A program made the translations under genes and the position numbers. Positions 6,625-14,056 of a stretch of DNA of 42,440 bases are shown in pieces (the first letter of the stretch is position 1; each line of letters starts with the position of its first letter). This DNA comes from Coriobacteriales bacterium (GTDB taxonomy: Bacteria > Actinomycetota > Coriobacteriia > Coriobacteriales > UBA8131): contig JAIRZP010000003.1 of assembly GCA_031267175.1 (NCBI GenBank), positions 1 to 42,440 of the forward strand. Reading direction: 5' to 3'. The notes below the pieces were generated by a model. It was not told the origin of the DNA. It saw only the letters and a program-made list of their open reading frames with translations, and ran no database searches.

Positions 6625-6657
6625 CTGGGGCATCCGCACGGCTTGTGGATGCCCCAG
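6625..6657 (+). promoter_or_regulatory. Perfect 11-bp stem-loop in the intergenic gap after the ClpB-like gene
   Basis: CTGGGGCATCC (6625-6635), an 11-nt loop, then GGATGCCCCAG (6647-6657). It begins 10 nt after the stop at 6613-6615 and has no U-tract. Confidence 0.4.
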
Positions 6658-6686
6658 AAATTCTAACAGATTGGAGGATGGTTAAC

Positions 6687-7382
6687 ATGACTGCTGTATT
6701 GACTGCCGTGGCTGCGGTGCCATATGACCCTATGCAGGAGGTTTGGGACGTGATGGCGAGTATCGGACGCTGGGTTCTCGGCATCCTGGCCATTCTGGTG
6801 ATTATGAATGTTGTGTACTCCATCGTGAACACCATAAATAAGGGAAAGAAGGTGGAGGCTACTCTTAGCACACGGTTCATGGAAGTCCAGAACCAGCTGG
6901 CTGACTGCATGTTCCGTATTCGTTCCATTGGTAGCATTACAAATTCTGAGGCAGCCTTCCTAGAGACAATAATGCATGAAGCCATTTCAGGGCGCTATGG
7001 AGAAGGCCAGGGGGCTAACGCATTTATCCTTGCCGAGAACTACCCTGAGTTGGCAGGCGCTTCGGTACCGTTTGAGAGAATTGCCGAGGCCATCAATGGA
7101 TCGATGGCCGATTTCAGGAGACAGCAAAGCTCGCTTCTATCTCAGTTGGAACAATTCGAACACTGGCGTACGGGGACACTGTTGTCTCGTATCGTGATAG
7201 GAAACAGATACCCTGACCGCGATCTTATCGCAAGGATCGGCAACAACACATACTACGGGCCGGAAGCCCTGGAGCAGATGTATCGCATAGTGCATACCAG
7301 CGAGTCGCTCCAAGCTTACAACGAGGCCATTTTAACCCCATATGACCACAATGGATATGCCCTTGACGCAGGGCTTGACTAG
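6687..7382 (+). CDS. LemA-like single-pass membrane protein (231 aa)
   Basis: GGAGG (6673-6677) sits 9 nt upstream of ATG 6687. An N-terminal TM helix (WVLGILAILVIMNVVYSIV) is followed by helical segments. AENYPELAG and downstream residues resemble the LemA AENYPDLKA block. Assigned from memory of the LemA consensus. Confidence 0.55.
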   Translation: MTAVLTAVAAVPYDPMQEVWDVMASIGRWVLGILAILVIMNVVYSIVNTINKGKKVEATLSTRFMEVQNQLADCMFRIRSIGSITNSEAAFLETIMHEAISGRYGEGQGANAFILAENYPELAGASVPFERIAEAINGSMADFRRQQSSLLSQLEQFEHWRTGTLLSRIVIGNRYPDRDLIARIGNNTYYGPEALEQMYRIVHTSESLQAYNEAILTPYDHNGYALDAGLD

Positions 7383-7406
7383 GATGAATCGAGGAGTTGA
7401 ACTTGG

Positions 7407-8084
7407 ATGGTTACTAAGGCCATTACACGCGATGACTACAGGGCGAAGCTGTTCACTCCGCTGAGCAGCACATTTGGGGTGCCGATTGCCTTCAACGGCG
7501 AGAGTAACGCTGGTCGGATTGCCGGTGGCAGGACACTTGGGATATATGTTCATGCTGACCACGCCATAGTAATCAGATACCGCGATTGTCCCGTGTCGCT
7601 GTTCAAGACGGTTGCCCATGAGATAGGCCATGCCACCGACCCCTCACTCAGTCCAGAGGCACTGAGTTCTGTGGAGCCACAACTGCATGGCGGCCACAGG
7701 AGCTATGAAGAGGCCGTGGCCCGGTTCGTTTCCTACTATTCTCTCTGTTATGCAGGCGTAAAGGTTCCCAGCGAAAAGGTTCGCGCCGACGAGCTGCTGG
7801 CTAAGCACGAGCGTGTCTATAGAAGGTATAAAACCGAGCCGCTGAAGCTCCACATCTTGAACCTGATGGAGATAGCCGAGGTCATCGCCTTCGTTGCCAA
7901 GCCGGGACGGATGGAGCTGTTGGATGGATGGAGCGACGATTGGGGGTCCTGCAAGTTCTGCAGGGACTATCCAAAGGGCATAAGACCCTGCAAGTTGCTG
8001 GCGGAGCCAGTGGTTGAGAAAGCGGGCGGCAGAGCTGCCGCCCGTCGCAAGAACAAAAGGAAGCGTAGTAAGAATTATGCATAA
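7407..8084 (+). CDS. Putative zinc metallopeptidase (HExxH), family unassigned, with a basic C-terminal tail
   Basis: GAGGAG lies upstream of ATG 7407. VAHEIGHAT contains HEIGH at 7617-7631. The C-terminus is RAAARRKNKRKRSKNYA. Confidence 0.6.
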   Translation: MVTKAITRDDYRAKLFTPLSSTFGVPIAFNGESNAGRIAGGRTLGIYVHADHAIVIRYRDCPVSLFKTVAHEIGHATDPSLSPEALSSVEPQLHGGHRSYEEAVARFVSYYSLCYAGVKVPSEKVRADELLAKHERVYRRYKTEPLKLHILNLMEIAEVIAFVAKPGRMELLDGWSDDWGSCKFCRDYPKGIRPCKLLAEPVVEKAGGRAAARRKNKRKRSKNYA

Positions 8085-8097
8085 GGAGGTAGTTCAC

Positions 8098-9093
8098 ATG
8101 AGAAATAAAGTTATCGCAATTGGTGAACATGCATCAAAGGTTGTCGAGGAAATCGAGAATCGCTATATCTATAAAATGGCGCGAGGTCAAAAAGGAGTGC
8201 CGCTCGAAATCCCAATGATCAAACAGGTGAGCCCATTTCTATGCAAGTTCGATATCCTCAGCGTAGTCGATGCAGATACAGACTTCATCCGCATTAATGA
8301 AGTATCGATTCTAAATGGATGTTGGCGAGCGAACTTTACAGCCATGGCTTTGGAGCAAGGAAAGGCGCTGATTGGCGACAACGTTTTCTTTGTAATTGCG
8401 CGAGGCGACGATGAAGCCATGAGCACCGTTAGTCACTCTGTCAAATCCAAAAAAATGAAAGGAAAAGAGTTGGTTGTCTGTTTTCTGTTGGATTATTCGA
8501 CCGCACAAGCTCAAATAGAAGGCGAAAGCGCTGCATGTGAAGCAAGGCTGGCGGAGGAAATCGATGCTTTGGTAGTCGTTCCCGTTAACGGACTCGCAGA
8601 CTTTTCTCAGATTAAATCACTAACAGAAGATTCAAATAATGCAAAGTGGCGTGCCGCCAGGGAGGCAGGCAAGGATAGTATTACTGTAACGACTTCTCCA
8701 TTTCATGATGAAAAAAGTGCTGCCGCATATGCTATTTGGATCTTTTTACAGGCAGTTTCTAAGAGCGACGAAAGCCTGAATTCCATGTCAGATGGTATTA
8801 AAACTGCAATTAACGATTTAGGTATAGTTCACCTTGCCCTTAAGATGTCTTTAATGGACTGCAAGAACGAATTTGTTGTAGAGAATGCCATAAGGAACCT
8901 CTGCGACAAAACTGATTCCTCAACAGTTAACCATTCTCTTGCAATTATCGCTTCCGTAAATACCTGTATGTCGGCATATACCGGGGCTGTCATTGGTGCG
9001 TCTATGGATCCAACAAACCTAGAATTTGCTTTTGAGTGTGTCTTTGATGACATCTTGAAGGATTGGCTTGTCGTGGTTTATGTGGTGGCATAA
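8098..9093 (+). CDS. FtsZ/tubulin-like protein with degenerate GTP-binding loops (331 aa); homology tentative
   Basis: AAGGAGG sits 8 nt upstream of ATG 8098. By eye it is colinear with FtsZ:
- NKVIAIGEHASKVVEEI vs IKVIGVGGGGNNAVNRM
- FDILSVVDADTDF vs VEYIAVNTDAQAL
- DNVFFVIARGDDEAMSTVSHSV vs [22 protein letters not shown]
- IDALVVVPVNGL vs VDTLIVIPNDRI
- C-terminal NLEFAFECVFDDILKDWLVVVYVVA vs NMIFGSVINENLKDEIVVTVIATG
The glycine-rich T1 and T4 loops are replaced. The gene is visibly AT-rich. Confidence 0.4.
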   Translation: MRNKVIAIGEHASKVVEEIENRYIYKMARGQKGVPLEIPMIKQVSPFLCKFDILSVVDADTDFIRINEVSILNGCWRANFTAMALEQGKALIGDNVFFVIARGDDEAMSTVSHSVKSKKMKGKELVVCFLLDYSTAQAQIEGESAACEARLAEEIDALVVVPVNGLADFSQIKSLTEDSNNAKWRAAREAGKDSITVTTSPFHDEKSAAAYAIWIFLQAVSKSDESLNSMSDGIKTAINDLGIVHLALKMSLMDCKNEFVVENAIRNLCDKTDSSTVNHSLAIIASVNTCMSAYTGAVIGASMDPTNLEFAFECVFDDILKDWLVVVYVVA

Positions 9094-10338
9094 ATGGCTG
9101 CAAGTCAGACAAATATCATTGACTTCAAGAAGGCTCGAGCCGAATTGAAGAGGAGCGAGCGACTGGTCACCTTGCCCATCAGACGCTCCAGGCTCAAGTC
9201 CAGGGCAGCAGCCATTCTGCTGGTTGCATTGGCCGTTGCCGTATCGGCAGTTGCTCTGGTTGCTAGGTTCATAGACAATGCCATGTATCCCAGCGACTGG
9301 TTCAATCCCTTGTCGCTGCTGGTATGGTTCGTAATTGGCCTTACCGCATTGGCTTGCGGATGGGCGTTGTTTGATGCTGGGTCACTCTATCAGAATCGTT
9401 GGTGGGTCTGGGGTGCAACGGTGTTGATGTTCTGGCTGCTCTGGACTTTTGGCGACCACTATTGGCGCTATCTCTATCTCAAAATAGGCGATGTCCACAT
9501 CCCGTCGCAGGCGTTCATTGTTATGGTTGTCGTGTCTCTCACGCTCCTCGTGGAGACTCAGCGCAAGCGTGGGGTGTGGGGGATGTATTTTTTTGCTGTC
9601 GGCCTTATGGTTGTGGCTGCTGCATCAGTATTCTTCAGCATATCGTTGTCGTTTTTAACCGTTTTTGTGTGCATCGTGGTAATTGGTACTGCTGTCGCCA
9701 GGAACCACTATGGCGACAGGCGGTGTAGGAAGGTGTTCATCGTTGGTGCTAGCATTGTGCTGTTGGCGGTGGCCTCCTATATCATAGTCGGGACGCAGCG
9801 AGTAGATCGCCTGTCAGTGTTCTTTACGGATGGCGCGAGTGATCCGTTGGACTATGATTATCAGTTCCAAGCAGCGGATATGATTGGCTATGCTTCTCAG
9901 CTTTTAGGCCAACTCGAAGAAATGACCGACGAGGTTTTTCTTGCCAGAAGCCTGTTCGGGTATTCAGATTATCCATTTCTGGACATAGGGTTCGTCTTTG
10001 GGCGTCTTCCCTCTCTGGCTGTTGTGGCAGCGTGTCTGGTGACAGCCTGGCTTGCACTCAGGGCTTCACGATATGATGCAAATCGTTACGGCGGTCTAAT
10101 TACGACTGGGCTTGCGGCAACCATCGCCTTCCAGGTGCTGTTTGGGATACTGAACAACTATGGACTGACTCCCTCTGCAAGCTCAATCACAGTACCGCTG
10201 GGTAGCGAGACCGGGTTGCCTTTGGTGCTTCATATGTTCATGGTGTGGGCATTGGCCTCAGCCCTCTGGAAGCCGCGACTGCCCAATTTAACAGAACCGC
10301 TTAGGGAGAAGACCCAACGCTGGAGGAAGGCTGCATGA
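9094..10338 (+). CDS. Divergent SEDS (FtsW/RodA/SpoVE)-like polytopic membrane protein (414 aa)
   Basis: ATG 9094 abuts the previous stop (TAAATG). There are about 10 hydrophobic segments. The C-terminal half is colinear with FtsW/RodA:
- DRLSVFF..DPLDYDYQFQAADMIG vs RL..[21 protein letters not shown]
- GYSDYPFLDIGFVFG vs LPEAHTDFIFAIIGEE
- TIAFQVLFGILNNYGLTPSASSITVPLGSETG vs [32 protein letters not shown]
Several signature residues are substituted. Confidence 0.55.
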   Translation: MAASQTNIIDFKKARAELKRSERLVTLPIRRSRLKSRAAAILLVALAVAVSAVALVARFIDNAMYPSDWFNPLSLLVWFVIGLTALACGWALFDAGSLYQNRWWVWGATVLMFWLLWTFGDHYWRYLYLKIGDVHIPSQAFIVMVVVSLTLLVETQRKRGVWGMYFFAVGLMVVAAASVFFSISLSFLTVFVCIVVIGTAVARNHYGDRRCRKVFIVGASIVLLAVASYIIVGTQRVDRLSVFFTDGASDPLDYDYQFQAADMIGYASQLLGQLEEMTDEVFLARSLFGYSDYPFLDIGFVFGRLPSLAVVAACLVTAWLALRASRYDANRYGGLITTGLAATIAFQVLFGILNNYGLTPSASSITVPLGSETGLPLVLHMFMVWALASALWKPRLPNLTEPLREKTQRWRKAA

Positions 10339-12242
10339 GCGGCAGAGCCCACAAGACCCGCATTATGCTGATGGTGCTGGTCGATGTCTCTTGCGCAGAC
10401 GAGTCGGATCAGGCTTGCAGGGAGCGCCTGGCCTCGCTCGATGATGCCGTCAACTCCTACAAGAAGGAACTGAGACGTATGGGAGCGGGACATAACGTTG
10501 TGATTGCAACCGCCGCCTTTGCAAACAGGCTCTTCGACCACTCTGCATTCAACAACGACTCGCGTGTTGACTTCTCCCCAGTCGTGAGCGATTCCTCTTG
10601 CTGGGCAGAACCGTTAGCATGGGCAATGAAAAAGATTGAGCATGCGAAAAAGGTCTATGACCTCGAAAACGCGATCCATTTCCCGCCGATAGTACTGTTC
10701 TTCTCCGCATCCAACACTGAAGACAGGTACGGCGAGGCTATCGAAGCCCTGCGCGATGCTCGTGCAAATGGCGATATCACAGTAAGGGCTATCGGCACAA
10801 AGGGCAGACCTGAGCTGCTGGCTCTCCAAGGTATGACGGATGACGTGGTATTGGTTGATCCCAAAGACACGACAGGTTGGGTTGAGGAGTTCTTCCGTAC
10901 CACCGACATGATAAAGGCGGTCTTGAATGGCAAAAGGCCATTCGATTCAGTGGCTGTCAAGACGCTGATCAACGAGACAATCAATACTCTGGATTTGGGA
11001 GCTGGCGTATTCCCGGAGCAGGCTATGGCCAAGATTTCTATGGCGCTAAAGAAGCAGAACGCCGTTGTTCGCAACAAGCTGGACCTGGAATCTGATGCTA
11101 CGTTCAGTATCGAAGAGGCGCGTGCTGTCGTGAAGGCGCTGAACTCGATGTGCGACAGGATGCCCGAGCGATGCCGAGGGTTTGCCGAGGACATTGGCGT
11201 TCAATACAGGGCGGCATCCAGTGCGAGGACTCCCTCGTCGCCAGAAGATGACAGCAGGAGACTCAGCGAAGAGTCTTCTGGGGATTCTGCCGTTCAGTCG
11301 CTGCCTAAGAAGAACAAGAAGGGCAAGAAGGCCACCGAGCAAGATGTTCCGAAGACTATGGAGCTGCCGCTGGAGATTATGACCAAATCCGAGATGGAGC
11401 TCGCTGCCCTCATCGGCCTTGATGAGGTCAAAGCGGTGGTGGGAAAGATAGTCGCTCTGGCTAAGCTCAACAAGAGGTATCCCCGACGCGGCAAGCCAAG
11501 ACAAACCTTTTTGCACATGGCATTTCTGGGGAACCCGGGTACTGCCAAGACCACTGTCGCACGTCTGCTGGCGAAGATTCTCCAAGAGCATGGCATCCTT
11601 CGTAAGGCCGAGCTAGTGGAGGTTGGCAGGGATGGCCTCATCGGTAGATACGTAGGCTCCACTGCGCCAAAGGTTGTCGCGGCATTCGACAAGGCCAAGG
11701 GCAGCATACTGTTCATCGACGAGGCACACTCTCTCGTTGACAGCGGACGCGGAGACTATGGAGACGAGGCACTGGCGACGATAGTGAAGGAGATGGAAAA
11801 TCGATGCGGTGACCCAGTGGTAATCATGGCTGGCTACCCACGGGAGATGGAGGCGCTGTTGCATCAAAACGCAGGACTGAAAAGTCGTATCAAGTTCATC
11901 GTGAACTTCCCCGACTATTCCGATGAGGAGATGCTCATGATTGCGGAGCGAACAGCGAAACAATACGGCTATGCGCTTGCTGGCGGCATTCGCGAAAAAG
12001 TGATGTCTATGATTGCCGAGGCTAGGAGAGACGAGACATTCGGCAATGGCCGTTGGGCACGGAGCCTCATTGAGCAGGCGGAGCTAAACCTCGCCGACCG
12101 CCTCATCAAGCTGAGCATCGACGAGATTGACGACGCTATGCGGAACACACTGACAGCTAAGGACTTCGAAACCCCACCTGACATCAAGCTCAAACACAGA
12201 AAGCAGAAAATCGGCTTCATGCCACAAGAGCGCAACAAGTAA
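10335..12242 (+). CDS. vWA-like N-terminal domain fused to a CbxX/SpoVK/EccA-type AAA+ ATPase (635 aa)
   Basis: The start overlaps the upstream stop (ATGA at 10335-10338). The N-terminus RIMLMVLVDVSCADES...IVLFFSASNTED...ITVRAIGTKG has a vWA-like strand pattern, but the DxSxS MIDAS motif looks degenerate. The C-terminus has LIGLDEVKAVV, Walker A GNPGTAKT (11529-11552), GRYVGSTAPKV, Walker B ILFIDEAHSL, VIMAGYPREM and GLKSRIKFIVNFPDYSDEEM, the classic CbxX/SpoVK layout. Confidence 0.8.
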   Translation: MSGRAHKTRIMLMVLVDVSCADESDQACRERLASLDDAVNSYKKELRRMGAGHNVVIATAAFANRLFDHSAFNNDSRVDFSPVVSDSSCWAEPLAWAMKKIEHAKKVYDLENAIHFPPIVLFFSASNTEDRYGEAIEALRDARANGDITVRAIGTKGRPELLALQGMTDDVVLVDPKDTTGWVEEFFRTTDMIKAVLNGKRPFDSVAVKTLINETINTLDLGAGVFPEQAMAKISMALKKQNAVVRNKLDLESDATFSIEEARAVVKALNSMCDRMPERCRGFAEDIGVQYRAASSARTPSSPEDDSRRLSEESSGDSAVQSLPKKNKKGKKATEQDVPKTMELPLEIMTKSEMELAALIGLDEVKAVVGKIVALAKLNKRYPRRGKPRQTFLHMAFLGNPGTAKTTVARLLAKILQEHGILRKAELVEVGRDGLIGRYVGSTAPKVVAAFDKAKGSILFIDEAHSLVDSGRGDYGDEALATIVKEMENRCGDPVVIMAGYPREMEALLHQNAGLKSRIKFIVNFPDYSDEEMLMIAERTAKQYGYALAGGIREKVMSMIAEARRDETFGNGRWARSLIEQAELNLADRLIKLSIDEIDDAMRNTLTAKDFETPPDIKLKHRKQKIGFMPQERNK

Positions 12243-12285
12243 AACCGCTAAGGTTACTGTCATAGATTGAGAGGTTGGCCAAGAA

Positions 12286-13302
12286 ATGGTAGAACAGACT
12301 AAGAATATTGCAAAAGCGTATTCTCTGCTTGGCTTGGAATATGGCTCAGATTTGCACACCATCCACAGAATGTGGAAAAGGAAACTAAAAGAGTCCCATC
12401 CCGACTTTGGTAAAGATAAAAAGGATGAACTACGAAGAACAAAGCGTGCGCAGGAGCTGAACGAAGCTTATAAAGTCCTGGGGAATGCCTGTCGGAAGGG
12501 TTTGATTCCACAGGGAAAAAAGCCAACCAAAGCTCAACCAGCGCCCATCCCAAGCCCAAACACTGAAGCAAAAACGAATAAAGGCATAAATTCAAAGCTT
12601 CGACCCAAACGCCCTGACCATGGCAATGCGAAGCGTGAAGATGCTTTTGCTGATCTCTATCAGTCATGGTGCGACAAAAAGTTTTGGGTGGACGAGCTTG
12701 CAATACTTTCAGAAAACCCGCAGGTAGCGCTTCCAAGAGATGTCTGTGATGCTCTGGAGTGCATTATCAGAAGCGTTTCGCGGCATAGCGTTATGAAGGA
12801 GTGGTGGTGGCCAGATATTCGCATTCTGCGCCCCCCATACCGGAAGTATGCTTATCCAGGAAGTGGTACCGCCCTAATTACCAAGCGTCTAGAGCACATG
12901 GTCAGATGTCTCGGCTTAAAGAGTATCGGGCAGGAGGATTTTTGCAATTTGAGATCGCTGCTGTGGGTGACGTTCGGTTCAATGCTGAAAGACAGAATCG
13001 GAGCAGAACCGGGTTTGTTCGACCTCTTTTTTGCAGTGAACACAGAAAATACTAAACTGGTAGAGTCTTGGATAAAGATGTATCAGCCAGGATATATAAA
13101 CAGCCGAGTCTATCGGCAAATGTCCGCACGAAACAAGGGGAAGCGGAAACCGGGGAAGCTCGCCTACGCTCGCGAGGTCTGGTATGTGCAGCACAAAGGC
13201 AGAAGGCTTGAGGAAGATGTCTACAAAAAATTGGAGCAGGCCTGTCAGCTTTATGTTGTTCGCACAATCATCAAGTATGAATGGCCCCAGGACTCATTGT
13301 GA
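12286..13302 (+). CDS. J-domain (DnaJ N-terminal domain) protein with an unknown C-terminal region of about 230 aa (338 aa)
   Basis: AYSLLGLEYGSDLHTIHRMWKRKLKESHPDFGKD...AQELNEAYKVLGN, with the HPD tripeptide at 12397-12405. There is no Gly/Phe region and no zinc finger. The gene is AT-richer than its neighbours. Confidence 0.8.
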   Translation: MVEQTKNIAKAYSLLGLEYGSDLHTIHRMWKRKLKESHPDFGKDKKDELRRTKRAQELNEAYKVLGNACRKGLIPQGKKPTKAQPAPIPSPNTEAKTNKGINSKLRPKRPDHGNAKREDAFADLYQSWCDKKFWVDELAILSENPQVALPRDVCDALECIIRSVSRHSVMKEWWWPDIRILRPPYRKYAYPGSGTALITKRLEHMVRCLGLKSIGQEDFCNLRSLLWVTFGSMLKDRIGAEPGLFDLFFAVNTENTKLVESWIKMYQPGYINSRVYRQMSARNKGKRKPGKLAYAREVWYVQHKGRRLEEDVYKKLEQACQLYVVRTIIKYEWPQDSL

Positions 13303-13316
13303 GCGACGGTCATGCA

Positions 13317-13347
13317 GAAGAACTGGCTAAGCCAGCCTTCTTCTTTG
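13317..13347 (+). terminator. Candidate intrinsic terminator closing the long plus-strand operon
   Basis: GAAGAACTGGC, loop TAA, then GCCAG-CC-TTCTTC followed by TTTG. It starts 15 nt after the J-protein stop. The stem is imperfect and the U-tract short. Confidence 0.45.
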
Positions 13348-13427
13348 TCGGTATGAGGGGGATAATTGAACTTGTGCTGCATCGGGATAGCTCAATGCGA
13401 TTATATCTGAAATGAGCAGACGCCTTG

Positions 13428-13455
13428 CTATCTGGGACGCACTATCTGGGACGCA
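13428..13455. repeat. Perfect tandem direct repeat, 2 x 14 bp (ctatctgggacgca), in the gap upstream of the phosphatase-like gene
   Basis: Copies at 13428-13441 and 13442-13455 were read directly and are followed by a partial third copy, cta. Confidence 0.9.
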
Positions 13456-13482
13456 CTAACCTATTACGAGCTTGAGGTGAAG

Positions 13483-14034
13483 ATGAATCGGTTGATGAGC
13501 GAAATCCTATATGATGACAACAAGCAGGAGATTGGTCGTGTGGCTTTCAGGCAAGTGATTATCAGGGCGCATCCCATCTTGCAGCGGCTGGATGACGAGG
13601 GGCTTCCACCGGGCAGCTCAGCGTTGGTGTTAGTGACAGACTGGTCGTTCGAGGAGGGCGACGCCTGTGGCGGCTTCGCTTGCGAGCTGAGGGTTGAGTT
13701 TTCCGATGTCACCAATGCGAGGCGTAAGGACTCCATGAAGCCGGAACATGCCCAGACGATAGCCAGATTCATCAGATCTCTCGGCGAGCACATCGACAGC
13801 ATCGTAATCAGCTGTGCCGGGGGCATGTCGAGAAGCCCAGCAATCGCGGCCGCAATCATGTTGGCGCAAGGCCAAGCTGACATGGCTATCTGGGAGAACC
13901 CCAACTACTCACCCAACCCGCTCTGTTATCGCCTAATGCTGGAGGCATTCGGTTTGCCTACTGACCAGGTGAAGAGCAAAATCAAAACCAGCAAGAGAGC
14001 CTTTGAAACAGCGTTTGGCCGGTGCACGGAGTGA
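13483..14034 (+). CDS. Cys-based phosphatase-like protein (CX5R P-loop; PTP/DSP superfamily), 183 aa
   Basis: GAGG sits 5 nt upstream of ATG 13483. IVISCAGGMSRSPAIAAAIML contains C-A-G-G-M-S-R-S, i.e. CX5R(S/T), at 13813-13833. Confidence 0.55.
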   Translation: MNRLMSEILYDDNKQEIGRVAFRQVIIRAHPILQRLDDEGLPPGSSALVLVTDWSFEEGDACGGFACELRVEFSDVTNARRKDSMKPEHAQTIARFIRSLGEHIDSIVISCAGGMSRSPAIAAAIMLAQGQADMAIWENPNYSPNPLCYRLMLEAFGLPTDQVKSKIKTSKRAFETAFGRCTE

Positions 14035-14056
14035 ACGTGGTGAACAGCAGGGGCGA

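Noticed and set aside
5005-6639. Large minus-strand ORFs (5005-5784, 5788-6639) lie opposite the E1 3' end and the ClpB-like gene.
   Set aside because: The plus-strand frame carries near-consensus AAA+ motifs. The antisense translations have no motifs and a shadow-frame composition.
8098-9093. Calling this gene a functional FtsZ/tubulin GTPase.
   Set aside because: The glycine-rich T1 and T4 nucleotide-binding loops are absent. At most this is a structural homolog, and even that rests on alignment by eye.
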